Shown piece by piece: positions 1-9,803 of a DNA stretch of 47,271 nucleotides (its first letter is position 1; each line of letters starts with the position of its first letter). This stretch comes from a virus (lineage: Duplodnaviria; Caudoviricetes). Below the pieces are notes generated by a model, which worked only from the letters and a program-made list of their open reading frames with translations, had not been told where the DNA came from and searched no databases. The position numbers and the translations under genes are program-made. Location of the stretch: positions 1 through 47,271 of the IMG/VR virus record IMGVR_UViG_3300039066_000017. One strand, given 5' to 3'.

Positions 1-107
1 TGTTAAAGGCGATTACTTTTATAGAGGCACGATAAGAACATTATATTTTTACACAATTTCACTATGAGAAATTACGTAGAAATACACAAAACCAAAAGCA
101 TTGGTGA
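1..107 (+). repeat. Terminal direct repeat, copy 1 (probably assembly overlap)
   Basis: Identical to 47165-47271 (tgttaaaggcgattac...agcattggtga). Confidence 0.97.
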
Positions 108-230
108 GTGAACCAAGAATTTAGATAGGTGATATCGCCTATTATGTAGGTGGATAAATGAATCATAATAACCTTTTTAGTGTAGAGATGTTCACCAGTA
201 AGCAATAAAATAATTCAACATTTTTAACCT

Positions 231-279
231 CTATAAGGATGAGTCTAACTTTGACCATTGTTAGGATGATTCTTATACA
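231..279. promoter_or_regulatory. Two minus-oriented TCATCC-motif copies (231-242, 258-269) overlapping a plus-strand sigma70-like promoter TTGACC-N17-TATACA
   Basis: ctataaggatga and ttgttaggatga; ttgacc 251-256, tataca 274-279, followed by RBS ggagg. Confidence 0.6.
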
Positions 280-291
280 AGGAGGTTTATT

Positions 292-759
292 TTGGTTGAT
301 ATTAAAATTCCTGTACCACCTGGAATGATTGTTAAAACTAGCTATAGAACCAGAGCTGATAAAGCTAAGCTAAAAGAGAAGGCTAAGGCCAAAAGAAAAG
401 CAGCTGCTGGTAGAACAGCTAGACGTAAAGGACATAGCTTTGAGCGAGAAATTGCCATTATGTTCAGAGAGAATGGGTATCCTAAAGCTCATAGACAGTT
501 AGAGTATCAAGAGGGTTTAGGCGTAGATATCGCTGGAGTTGATATTTATGACCCTCAATGTAAGAGGACAAAAAAGTACACATCATTGTCTGCAATTAAG
601 GAAGTTCCACGGAAAGAGGGCCGTGTACCTTTGTTAATAGCCAAAGAGGACCATGGTGAGATTTTGGTAGCAATGCCAATTAAACACTTTTTTGAATTAC
701 TAAAGCAGAAACAAAAGGAATTGACCAATGTGGACAACACGACCGCTGTTACAAATTAA
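292..759 (+). CDS. Holliday junction resolvase-like PD-(D/E)XK nuclease
   Basis: Basic N-terminus, RKGHSFEREIA...GVDI...QCKR pattern typical of phage Hjc-like resolvases; RBS ggagg, TTG start. Confidence 0.75.
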   Translation: MVDIKIPVPPGMIVKTSYRTRADKAKLKEKAKAKRKAAAGRTARRKGHSFEREIAIMFRENGYPKAHRQLEYQEGLGVDIAGVDIYDPQCKRTKKYTSLSAIKEVPRKEGRVPLLIAKEDHGEILVAMPIKHFFELLKQKQKELTNVDNTTAVTN

Positions 760-1000
760 GAAATTAGATAATGGTAAATACACCTGGAATTTGTACCTAT
801 CAAATAACAAGCGTAGACCATCATGTATCTCACCTACTCAATATGATGACGCTTTCAAGTGCCGTGATAGAGCTAAGAAATTCGCTGCTAAATTTAAAGG
901 TCCATTACGTCTACTAGATAAAGAAAATAAAATTGATGAGATTATTATAGTGGATGAGACACGTAATGAAACTATGCCTGATTATATGGTGGAAGAATAA
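728..1000 (+). CDS. Hypothetical protein, YegP/DUF1508-like N-terminal domain
   Basis: NGKYTWNLYLSNN...SPTQY...C.DRA resembles the DUF1508 pattern; overlaps and abuts neighbours. Confidence 0.5.
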   Translation: MWTTRPLLQIKKLDNGKYTWNLYLSNNKRRPSCISPTQYDDAFKCRDRAKKFAAKFKGPLRLLDKENKIDEIIIVDETRNETMPDYMVEE

Positions 1001-2593
1001 ATGAACTTACCATTACTGGTAGACAGAAAAGAGCTCATCCTTAGAAATTATCAGAATACACTGGTGAGTAATGTTATTCAGGATGTTGTTCATGCTGGCC
1101 ATAAACAAGTGTTAGTAATTTCACCTACTGGTAGTGGTAAAACTGTTTGTTTCATTCGTATCTGTGAAGAGTTAATAGCTAATTCAAATGATGATGAGGT
1201 AGTCCTAGTGCTATCTCATCTATCACTTCTAACTGATCAGACTAAAGCTAAATTTAATAAATTCTCACCTCTAGATGTAGGCATTCTAAGAGCTAGTCTC
1301 ATGCCAGATGCTAACGATAGAGTGATCATTTCTACCATGCAATCATCTAGAGAGTTCTCTAAGATTGTTAGCTATTATGAAATGAGTGGTAAGAAGGTTA
1401 AGTATATCATCATTGATGAAGCTCATATGAGATATTCAGGATCTTACAATGAGATATTTGACACCTTTCCACAAGCTCAGATTATTGACTTTACAGCTAC
1501 TCCATTTAAGAACAAACGATTAGCTACTGGAGCTTATGATAGTATCTCATTTCAGATATCTCTCATGGAACTTATTGAGCAGAAATATCTTGTTCCACCT
1601 ATCCTTAAGCAAGTCCTATTAGAAAATGATACTCCTGAAAAGAGATGTGCAATTACTCTAAAGACTTACCTAGAATTTGAAGCTGGTAAAAAGGCTATCA
1701 TGTTCATGCGTAATAAAGATGAGTGTAAACTTCTATGTGATGCTCTTATCCAGGAGGGTGTTAAAGCTGCTGTTGTAACTGATAGTGTGACTGGTAAGAA
1801 GAGAGATAAAATATTTGAAGGATATGATGGTGATGATTATGACTTACTTGTTTCGGTTAACGTACTTACTGCTGGTTTCGATAGCTTGTTATGTGAGTGT
1901 GTATTTATGTTTGGTACTGACTCCCCTACTGTATATCTTCAGCGAGTGGGTAGGGCTCTTAGGCCTATTGATGGCGACTCTGTTAAACCTCACCATTCTA
2001 AGCAAGATGCTAGGGTATATGTATTTGGAGACACGCCAACTATTGAATCTGGAATAATTGAAAAACATCACAACATGGCAGTTAAGCCTAAAAAGTTTGA
2101 TGAGTGTAAGACTCTAGATGAGCAGATTGATTGGTTAGAAGATAATGACCTTAAAGATACTGATGAATATAAATTTTCTAAAGCTGCTGCTAAAGTTCAG
2201 AAAATAGCTCAGAAAATTAACATGGATACTCTCAATAGAATGATTGAGTCAAAGTCTATCTCATCTGAGTTCATGTTAAAGTTAGCTGATACTGTTGATA
2301 ATTTTAAGCCTATTCAAGGTGGTGATGTACCAGCATCTATAGCTCAAAGGAATAAGCTAAATATTAAGGCCAACATACCTTTAACTTCCAATGAAGCTAG
2401 TCTACTCATTCAGGCTATGACTGGTGATAAAGTGAACCACCACTCCTCTCAGAAGTTTGTAGTTCAAGAAGGTAAGTTTAAAGGAAGTCATGTCAAGGAT
2501 TTGAGTTGGGCTTATAAATCTGTAATACTTAAAAAATTCCCTCAGTCACCACTTGCTAAAATGATTAGAGAATTTCATCCAAAGGCACGTTAA
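1001..2593 (+). CDS. Superfamily 2 DEAD/H-box helicase
   Basis: Walker A SPTGSGKT, DEAH, TATP, VLTAGFD, QRVGRALR motifs. Confidence 0.95.
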   Translation: MNLPLLVDRKELILRNYQNTLVSNVIQDVVHAGHKQVLVISPTGSGKTVCFIRICEELIANSNDDEVVLVLSHLSLLTDQTKAKFNKFSPLDVGILRASLMPDANDRVIISTMQSSREFSKIVSYYEMSGKKVKYIIIDEAHMRYSGSYNEIFDTFPQAQIIDFTATPFKNKRLATGAYDSISFQISLMELIEQKYLVPPILKQVLLENDTPEKRCAITLKTYLEFEAGKKAIMFMRNKDECKLLCDALIQEGVKAAVVTDSVTGKKRDKIFEGYDGDDYDLLVSVNVLTAGFDSLLCECVFMFGTDSPTVYLQRVGRALRPIDGDSVKPHHSKQDARVYVFGDTPTIESGIIEKHHNMAVKPKKFDECKTLDEQIDWLEDNDLKDTDEYKFSKAAAKVQKIAQKINMDTLNRMIESKSISSEFMLKLADTVDNFKPIQGGDVPASIAQRNKLNIKANIPLTSNEASLLIQAMTGDKVNHHSSQKFVVQEGKFKGSHVKDLSWAYKSVILKKFPQSPLAKMIREFHPKAR

Positions 2594-3069
2594 TGATAAC
2601 CAATGATCAAGTTAATTATTTTTGGTCGAAAGTGGAAAAGACTGAAAATTGCTGGATATGGAAAGGTTGGGCCTTCAAAAAAGGTTATGGAGGAATAAAG
2701 CTTAATGGCAAGTCGTTAAAGGCTCATAGGCTATCTTACTATCTCCACAAGGGTCCAATTTCAAAACCTCTCATAATGCATTCTTGTGACAATAGGTTAT
2801 GTGTTAACCCTTCTCACTTATTTGAAGGCACAAATGCTGACAATATGAATGATATGAAGGTCAAAGGTAGGGCCAGAAATATTAACATGAATAAGGCTAG
2901 GTGCAAGAGGGGCCATATTATCAATGATGATGCCTACGTTACAGCTACAGGAGCTAGGAACTGTAGAGTCTGTCTTGCCAAAAGAGCTAGAGATATGAGG
3001 CTAATTAATAAGATATTTTCAGCCTCTGACCAGCTATTTACCTCATCATTCATCCCAACAAAACTATAA
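2593..3069 (+). CDS. HNH homing endonuclease
   Basis: CWIWKG...AHRLSY...MHSCDNRLCVNPSHL..GT..DN, C-terminal CKRGH...CRVC. Confidence 0.92.
   Translation: MITNDQVNYFWSKVEKTENCWIWKGWAFKKGYGGIKLNGKSLKAHRLSYYLHKGPISKPLIMHSCDNRLCVNPSHLFEGTNADNMNDMKVKGRARNINMNKARCKRGHIINDDAYVTATGARNCRVCLAKRARDMRLINKIFSASDQLFTSSFIPTKL
3050..3065 (+). promoter_or_regulatory. Conserved late-promoter-like element TCATCCCAACAAAACT
   Basis: Exact motif copy 31 nt upstream of ORF 3096, inside the 3' end of the HNH gene. Confidence 0.7.
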
Positions 3070-3095
3070 GCCATACCAAAATATATGGAGGGTTT

Positions 3096-3317
3096 ATGTC
3101 AGATCTCGCAAAAGTAGAAAAAGGTGATTTTAAAGGTGAAGTTAAATTCGAAAAAGGCGTAATTAAGATTGTCGCTGGAGTAGGAACTAAAGGTCTAACA
3201 GCTGACCTAGCAGTAGGCGTACCTGTAGATTACTTTTTAGATAAATTGGCTGAGTCAATTCCAGGACAAATTGATGATTCAGTAATTGCACTTCTTAAAG
3301 CTGCACTTAAAGCGTAA
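3096..3317 (+). CDS. Hypothetical protein (late cluster)
   Basis: RBS ggagg, directly behind the conserved motif. Confidence 0.7.
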   Translation: MSDLAKVEKGDFKGEVKFEKGVIKIVAGVGTKGLTADLAVGVPVDYFLDKLAESIPGQIDDSVIALLKAALKA

Positions 3318-3332
3318 TTAAAGGAGCTCCTT

Positions 3333-3515
3333 ATGCCAGTATGGTTAATTGGTTTATTAGATTATCTAGGACCAAAAGTCGTTAATTGGCTTAAGGAGCT
3401 CTATAAACAGATTCAAAAAGTTAAAAAGCTTGAACGTAAAGCTGATGAAAATATCAAAAAGGCTGAAGAGTATGAAAAAGATCCTAGTAATGCTAATGCT
3501 AATGAGTTGCCTTGA
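3333..3515 (+). CDS. Small membrane-anchored coiled-coil protein, possible i-spanin
   Basis: Hydrophobic/amphipathic N-terminus, charged helical tail; RBS aaggag; overlaps a lipoprotein gene in another frame. Confidence 0.5.
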   Translation: MPVWLIGLLDYLGPKVVNWLKELYKQIQKVKKLERKADENIKKAEEYEKDPSNANANELP

Positions 3516-3813
3516 AGCTTGTCAGACTAGACCTGACAATATTGAGACTACTCTCATTCATGATCAGTACAGATTAGTTATTCCTAAGGCTGAAGATATT
3601 AATGGTAGGCTCTATTTTCCATATGAAGAAATGGTATGTGAGAAGCGTAAATATAAAATCTCACCAGAGTTTATTGGACCTTTATCAGACTTTGTTAAAG
3701 TAGCACCTCAAGACTGTACAGCTCTAATTGGCAATAAGCCTACTCCATATGTTAAGACTTTTAATCTAATGGAATATGTTAGAGGTGAAATTCAGATTTT
3801 CGAGCAAGAGTAA
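3472..3813 (+). CDS. Lipoprotein, possible o-spanin
   Basis: Re-called start ATG 3472 gives MKKILVMLMLMSCLEAC signal peptide with lipobox; overlaps the upstream gene as in Rz/Rz1 pairs. Confidence 0.55.
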   Translation: MKKILVMLMLMSCLEACQTRPDNIETTLIHDQYRLVIPKAEDINGRLYFPYEEMVCEKRKYKISPEFIGPLSDFVKVAPQDCTALIGNKPTPYVKTFNLMEYVRGEIQIFEQE

Positions 3814-5628
3814 TTATCTCTGATTTTCATTCATCAAAATATTCTCTAATACTCTATCTGTACGCATGTATGGATTCTTATAAATATATCTAGCAGCTTT
3901 TTCACCAGCATTTTCTAGACCTGGAGCAATTACTTCAGCAGTCTTTTTCATGGCCCATGGAGATGCTACAAAGTTAGCTCCAGCACCACCAATTAATCCT
4001 AGAGCAATACCTGGACCAGCACCTAATCCACTACCATAAGCTATAGCACCACCTAGACCACTACCAATAGTAGCAGCTTTACCATTCATAGCGAATTTAG
4101 CAGGGTCATTAAATACGTTAGCTGATTGATAACCTCTAGCAGCAGCATCTACATCAACTTCTCTACCACCCATAGCTGTATAGTTCTTAACATCATCGAA
4201 GAATTCTTTACGATAATCTTTAGCGTTAGGAGACTTAGGATTACCATAAGCTTCCATAAACTTAAGAGTAGAATCTTGATCGTTGAAAGGTTTCATCTTC
4301 TTATTGTAGTAAGTACCATAGAAGTCTGATGCTTCTTTATTGGCTACATCAAATGCTTCCTTATTAGGTGAAGCTTCTCTCATAGCATTTCTGATACCTT
4401 CTGAACCTCTAGCTGATACCATTCTTTCAGTAGGAGTAATATCTCCCATTTGAGCTTGTGTAGCACCATAACCAAGTACTGACTTATCATCTTGAGAGAT
4501 ACCAAATAGATAATTCTTTAATCCTCTAGCCTCTTGAGCTGAAATATTATCAGGCTTAGAGTTGAGTTTTTCAGGAATATAACCAGCTGCTTGTCTCATC
4601 TCATCAGTAAAGTCTGAAGTAACTGTTGGACCTCTAGGGTTAGACATTAGGTCATGAATAGATCTTGGATTCTGACTAACTCCCATGAATTGAGCAATGT
4701 CATCTTTTACACCAGAGATATTAACAGGATTATTACCTGTAGCTAATTCAACATTTTTACCAAATTGATTCTTAGCTGAATCCATTCCACTGGTGAGATT
4801 ATTTCTGAAGTTATCTACATATTGAGTAGGGCCAATTTTACTAATTAGCTCTCTAGCTTCTCTATCTTTATTAATATTTCTAATTAAGTCTTCAGAGTAA
4901 CCTGACAGATATGAACCTACTTTAGGAGCTACATCTTTAGCCTTATTCCATCCAGCTTTAATACCATCACCTACTACAGGCATAGCTGCATTGAGAGTAG
5001 CTGAAGTAGCAATATTTCCATAATCTACGTTATTGGGAACACCAAGTAATGTACCAATACCTTGCTTAGCAGACTCAGTAGCACCACCAACAGCAGCATT
5101 AGTAGCTGGCATAACAAATGGAGCTAATGGAGCTGTAATAGGGTTAGTTAGTGAGGCAGCAGTACCTAGGGCACCAGCTGTCATACCTACACCATCTGCA
5201 ATTCCTTGACCAACATCAGCTGTATGGTCGAGATAATCTTGTAGTCCAAAGCCTTTTTCATCAAGTCTATAGAAGTGAGGGTCATTAGGTTTCTTGGCCA
5301 CAATTTCACCATCACGAGTTTTTCTAAACTCCATGTCTGGATATTCTTTCTGAAGATAACCAATTCCAGCATTAGGATTAGATGCAAAGTTTTTAACTAC
5401 GAATCTATCCCATCCACTTAACTCTGGATGCATACTATTATCAACTACAGTGTCAGCATATGGGTCACTCGGATCTTGACTAGGAGTAACAGCTGAAGGT
5501 TGAGCTTGTTGAGGCTCATTACCTACATTCATCTGAGATAGTTGAAGTACTTCATCATCAGATAATTGTGAAAAATCACCTGAATCAAGAGCTAATAATT
5601 GAGCATCTGTTAGTTTAGAATAATCCAT
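3814..5628 (-). CDS. Putative DNA ejection/internal virion protein
   Basis: Last gene of the structural block; N-terminal DYSKLTD..L repeats and Gly/Ala-rich hydrophobic segments typical of podovirus ejection proteins. Confidence 0.65.
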   Translation of the reverse strand: MDYSKLTDAQLLALDSGDFSQLSDDEVLQLSQMNVGNEPQQAQPSAVTPSQDPSDPYADTVVDNSMHPELSGWDRFVVKNFASNPNAGIGYLQKEYPDMEFRKTRDGEIVAKKPNDPHFYRLDEKGFGLQDYLDHTADVGQGIADGVGMTAGALGTAASLTNPITAPLAPFVMPATNAAVGGATESAKQGIGTLLGVPNNVDYGNIATSATLNAAMPVVGDGIKAGWNKAKDVAPKVGSYLSGYSEDLIRNINKDREARELISKIGPTQYVDNFRNNLTSGMDSAKNQFGKNVELATGNNPVNISGVKDDIAQFMGVSQNPRSIHDLMSNPRGPTVTSDFTDEMRQAAGYIPEKLNSKPDNISAQEARGLKNYLFGISQDDKSVLGYGATQAQMGDITPTERMVSARGSEGIRNAMREASPNKEAFDVANKEASDFYGTYYNKKMKPFNDQDSTLKFMEAYGNPKSPNAKDYRKEFFDDVKNYTAMGGREVDVDAAARGYQSANVFNDPAKFAMNGKAATIGSGLGGAIAYGSGLGAGPGIALGLIGGAGANFVASPWAMKKTAEVIAPGLENAGEKAARYIYKNPYMRTDRVLENILMNENQR

Positions 5629-7433
5629 TATTTCTTTTTCCCTAATCCACGTTTAGCTAGTTCATCAGCCAGAGTAGACTTTTTACCTGGAGGAGGAGTT
5701 TCTTGAGCACCCTTCATTTGATTAATTCTGTTCTTGTATAGATCAACTTGATCACCAACAATATCCAGAGGGTAAACTTGGCTGATAGCTTCTAGTTCTT
5801 TTTGAGCTTTAGACTTAGATAAATTCTGGAACTTCTTAATAGACTCTCTAGCCTGTTGAGCTCCACCACCAATCATAGAATTATACATACCACTAAAGCC
5901 TGTAACAGGTTTGAGTACGTTTTGTAGAATGTTAATATCTGCACCAGCTAGAGCACCAAGTTTAGCTTCATCTCTGTTATAGTTAACAAGAAGGTCATTA
6001 TAAGCTCTTTCCAGGTTAGCTCTATCATCACCAGTCATTGTGTAACTTGAATCACCCATTTTGTTGAGCTCAGTTAAGTAAGCATCAAGTTTCTGGTTGA
6101 AGTTAAGAGCAGCATCCATATTGCCAACTCGGTCATTCTTATCAAACTTCTCTTTAACAGCGACAATATCCTTAGGCTTAAGACCAGCATTTTGATTAAG
6201 GTTATTTCTGGCCATAGCTAATTCCATTCTATGACCTTGTCTCAACATCTCCATAGCCATAGGATCTTGTTTCTCTTTGAGAGCATTTAATAGAGCAATT
6301 CTATTCTTCTCTTTATCATTATCAAAATCAGCTAATTGTTTAGATAGAGCATTCATATTTGCCATATCACCTTCAGGACCAGATGGACCTTTGTATGACT
6401 TAGCTAAATTTGAGCCTGTTAAATTATCTACGAATGCCATTGCTGGTGATAGGTCAAGATAACTTAACTCTGACCTTCCAGCTAATTTTCTACCAATAGC
6501 ATCTTGCTGTTGTTTAACTAATTGCCTGTATTGATCACCATCATTTTCCATCAATTCATTAGTTAACTGAAGTCTATTTCCATTCATATTAACCATAGTT
6601 GGACTACCAACAGGTCGTGACTGTGATGTGGAATTTGATGATGAGAATTTAGCGGAATGTTGAACAGGAACTTCAGAATCTACTTCTTGACCATTCCCTG
6701 ATGGTAGTTGTTGTTGTGAAGGACTAGGTAATCTACCAGTATTCTGGAAAGTACCTGGAGTAATCATTTGACCACCATCCATTTCACTCATATTAGACTG
6801 AGGAACTGGAATACCTAGCATTGCCATTAATTCAGCATCAGGCTTAGATGGATATCTTTTATAAAACTCTTCTTCTCTCATTTTTTTAACCTCATCACCT
6901 GTTGATGCATATGCATGATTAGGCAATAGAATATCAGCTACGCCTGGTAGGCCAGCACCTAACATAGTACCCATGCCTACTCTAGCAGCTGGCTTAGCTA
7001 CATTTTGAACCATAGGCTTAACAACATCATCCATTAATGGAGCTGTTGATTGTGCTACTTCATCCATCATTGAAGCTGGAGCTGGTAATGCTAACTGTTT
7101 ACCTTGCATAACAAAGTTAGGCTTAGATACTCGTTGAGCTAATTCATCTTGAATAACTTGCGTAGGGTATGAAGGCTTAGCTTGTGGAGCTGGTAGAGCT
7201 AGTTGTGGACCAGACATAGTAAAGTTTGGTTTATAAACTCTCTTGCCTAGCTCATCCTGAACAATAGATGTTGGATATGAAGGTTTAACATTCTGAACTG
7301 GAGCTTGATAAGGTACTGGTAACATATCAGACATTACTGACTGAGCTGGTTGAGCAGCATTCATTAGACGTTCAGATAAAACATCTTGATAAATGTCTTT
7401 AGGATAAGCCCATGGAGATGTTTTACCTTTCAT
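5628..7433 (-). CDS. Putative DNA ejection protein with internal repeat
   Basis: Position, low-complexity Q/P/M-rich N-half, helical C-half. Confidence 0.6.
   Translation of the reverse strand: MKGKTSPWAYPKDIYQDVLSERLMNAAQPAQSVMSDMLPVPYQAPVQNVKPSYPTSIVQDELGKRVYKPNFTMSGPQLALPAPQAKPSYPTQVIQDELAQRVSKPNFVMQGKQLALPAPASMMDEVAQSTAPLMDDVVKPMVQNVAKPAARVGMGTMLGAGLPGVADILLPNHAYASTGDEVKKMREEEFYKRYPSKPDAELMAMLGIPVPQSNMSEMDGGQMITPGTFQNTGRLPSPSQQQLPSGNGQEVDSEVPVQHSAKFSSSNSTSQSRPVGSPTMVNMNGNRLQLTNELMENDGDQYRQLVKQQQDAIGRKLAGRSELSYLDLSPAMAFVDNLTGSNLAKSYKGPSGPEGDMANMNALSKQLADFDNDKEKNRIALLNALKEKQDPMAMEMLRQGHRMELAMARNNLNQNAGLKPKDIVAVKEKFDKNDRVGNMDAALNFNQKLDAYLTELNKMGDSSYTMTGDDRANLERAYNDLLVNYNRDEAKLGALAGADINILQNVLKPVTGFSGMYNSMIGGGAQQARESIKKFQNLSKSKAQKELEAISQVYPLDIVGDQVDLYKNRINQMKGAQETPPPGKKSTLADELAKRGLGKKK
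7077..7286 (-). repeat. Tandem 36-aa (108-bp) intragenic repeat, 2 copies
   Basis: KPSYPTSIVQDELGKRVYKPNFTMSGPQLALPAP / KPSYPTQVIQDELAQRVSKPNFVMQGKQLALPAP. Confidence 0.9.
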
Positions 7434-7435
7434 AA

Positions 7436-7825
7436 TTAAGCCATCATTTGGTTAGGATTTTTCATTTTCTGAGCATAAGGGTTAAATGAGTCATATCCAC
7501 TAGCATTCTGTTGAGTGTATTGTGGTTGAGACATATTCATCTTATTCATATTAAGTTGTTGTTCACCCATTTGCTTATTCATATTTGCTTGGTCAAATTG
7601 CTGTTGCATACTTAGTCCAGTCATAGCACCTTGCATACCAGCACCAATTGTAGACTTAGGAGCTTGAATATCAGCTTGACCAGCACCCATTTTAGTCCAT
7701 GGTGAGAATTGAGTCTGAGTAGCTGCTGCTGCACCATTAGCCGCATTCATTCTTTCTTGTCGTGGTTTTTCAACGAAGTGATTATAAGCCATTCCACCAG
7801 CTGCCATTGCTACCATAGGCCACAT
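7436..7825 (-). CDS. Small ejection protein (P22 gp7 / T7 gp14-like by character)
   Basis: MWPMVAMAAGG hydrophobic start, Ala/Gln/Met-rich, within the ejection cluster. Confidence 0.55.
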   Translation of the reverse strand: MWPMVAMAAGGMAYNHFVEKPRQERMNAANGAAAATQTQFSPWTKMGAGQADIQAPKSTIGAGMQGAMTGLSMQQQFDQANMNKQMGEQQLNMNKMNMSQPQYTQQNASGYDSFNPYAQKMKNPNQMMA

Positions 7826-7826
7826 A

Positions 7827-9053
7827 TTATTTATCCTTTTCTTTAACTACAGAGTTAACCATAGTCATCATTTCTTTATATTTAACTCTAGCTTCTTCAA
7901 GCTTATCTTCTTTAACTAATGAACAGAATGGGATGATAAATTTCCAGAATACAGACTTAAGAATCTTGTTCTTGTCTTCTTTCTCGTTAATCTTCTCAAG
8001 TAGTGTTGGAGCTGTTTCATAATATTTAGCTAATTCAAATGCTCTATCAGGTTCAGCTACCATGTAAGTATCTCTGAATCCTCTAGCAGTTTCTAATACC
8101 CAACAGTCATCTTTCATACCCATCACATCTACACATGCAGTAGTAATGAAACATCCACCACCACCAGAAGATGCAGCTTTTTTCTGAGCATCAGCTGTTA
8201 ACTTAGCTCCATATAATTGCATATCTTCACCATATAGATTCTGAGATCCTAGATTCTGTTTATCTAAGTCATCCCTAGCAGCACCAATGTTAGACTGTTG
8301 AACACCTTGCTCAACTTGACCAACTTTAGTCAGAGTATCTAATTGTCTATTGAGATTATTGTTGTAGGCGTTAGCATTATATTGAGTCTGATCATTCTCG
8401 ACTCTACCAACATCCTGAAGCATAGCATTTCTAGTCTCAGCATTCTTCATTGATAGATTAACATTCGTATCTCTATTCTGAGCCATGATGTTTTGTTGAG
8501 CATTCATCTGTTCACGACCAGCATTTCTAGCCATACGTTCAGACGACCCTGCTGATACTCCACCTCTCATAGACATTTGAGACATTTGATTGTTCAAATT
8601 ACCTTGAGTCTGAGTACCTAATCTACCAATGTCTTTTAGAGTTTGATTATTAGCTTGTTGTCTAGCAAATGCAGTACCTTCTAAATCACCAGTACCATTA
8701 GCTTGTTCTTTGAGTTTATTATATGAATCACCCATTGAAACTTTAGCTCTAGAATCTACATCTGAGCCTACTGTTCCAACAGAATTCTTTAATTGATTAT
8801 ATGAATCACCAACAGTCTCTTTGAATGGGTCAAGAATTTCATTATTCTCACCTCTCATTAAGTATTGATCAGGACGCTTGAAGCCATACATGTTCATTCC
8901 GCCATTAACATATTGTTGGCCAGATGATGTTGTATTAACTTTGCCTACATCAGATAAATTATAAACTTCCTGAGCTGTTGGACCTTTATTCCCAATTCCA
9001 CCATTCATGATGCTTTGTTTAATTCCATTTGGTAGTCTAAAGTTGATAGACAT
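7827..9053 (-). CDS. Putative ejection protein with C-terminal CFI-box-CTERM domain
   Basis: Q/N-rich helical body ending SSGGGG-CFITTAC...LETARGFRDTYM...YYETAP. Confidence 0.7.
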   Translation of the reverse strand: MSINFRLPNGIKQSIMNGGIGNKGPTAQEVYNLSDVGKVNTTSSGQQYVNGGMNMYGFKRPDQYLMRGENNEILDPFKETVGDSYNQLKNSVGTVGSDVDSRAKVSMGDSYNKLKEQANGTGDLEGTAFARQQANNQTLKDIGRLGTQTQGNLNNQMSQMSMRGGVSAGSSERMARNAGREQMNAQQNIMAQNRDTNVNLSMKNAETRNAMLQDVGRVENDQTQYNANAYNNNLNRQLDTLTKVGQVEQGVQQSNIGAARDDLDKQNLGSQNLYGEDMQLYGAKLTADAQKKAASSGGGGCFITTACVDVMGMKDDCWVLETARGFRDTYMVAEPDRAFELAKYYETAPTLLEKINEKEDKNKILKSVFWKFIIPFCSLVKEDKLEEARVKYKEMMTMVNSVVKEKDK

Positions 9054-9063
9054 ATATTAACCT

Positions 9064-9732
9064 CTAGTTGTAAGTATAGTCAGAGTCAAAATCTACATAG
9101 AATGAGAAGTCAGCTTCTAACTGATCACTACCATCATTAACAATATTAGAAAGAGTGTCTGTTAACTGTTGAGACATTACTCCAATCTCTTCTGAAGATT
9201 GAAACGCCATAGGGTCACGCTCTTTCTGGTAACATCTTCTCTTCACATATTGTTGAGCAAAATAAACAGCACATTCTGGAAGGTCGATAATGTCAGAAGC
9301 TTCAACTACTCTATTGGCATTACGAGTAAATGTTAAACGATAGTAATTGTAACCATTATCTACATTCTCAAATACTAACTTTGGAGTCTCACCACTTCTA
9401 TGAAAGATGTTATAACCAGTTTTGTTATTTTCTAATCTTGTATTCTTGAATAACTGGAGAGGATAATGATCATTCTCATTAACAGCTACTTCAACTTTAC
9501 GAAGTTTATTAGCGTAAATGAATGTAGGTAAATCTACTTCATTAGCGAGGTCAATCCAGTCTGTTCTATCCAGATAGTAATCTTCATATAGACCAATAAC
9601 GATAGACTCGGCCCAATCAATTCCTTCATTAATATAGTTAGTCATCTCAGCTGGTGAAATGAATGACTCTTCTTGAAGGTCATGCTCCATTAGAATCTTG
9701 TCTTGAAATTCTTGCTTAGTCCAAGTTCTCAT
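9064..9732 (-). CDS. Head-tail adaptor (tail tubular A-like) protein
   Basis: Size, FISPAEMTNYINEG N-terminal pattern of podovirus adaptors, synteny. Confidence 0.6.
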   Translation of the reverse strand: MRTWTKQEFQDKILMEHDLQEESFISPAEMTNYINEGIDWAESIVIGLYEDYYLDRTDWIDLANEVDLPTFIYANKLRKVEVAVNENDHYPLQLFKNTRLENNKTGYNIFHRSGETPKLVFENVDNGYNYYRLTFTRNANRVVEASDIIDLPECAVYFAQQYVKRRCYQKERDPMAFQSSEEIGVMSQQLTDTLSNIVNDGSDQLEADFSFYVDFDSDYTYN

Positions 9733-9741
9733 ATACCTTCA

Positions 9742-9770
9742 ATTTTTGTTAGGATGATTGAAAATTACAA
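9742..9770 (-). promoter_or_regulatory. Promoter-like element TTGTAA-N7-TCATCCTAACAAAAAT
   Basis: Exact motif copy at 9746-9757 just upstream of the adaptor ATG. Confidence 0.7.
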
Positions 9771-9803
9771 TTTCACCTATGTTTTGATTTCTAAATTACT
9801 ATT

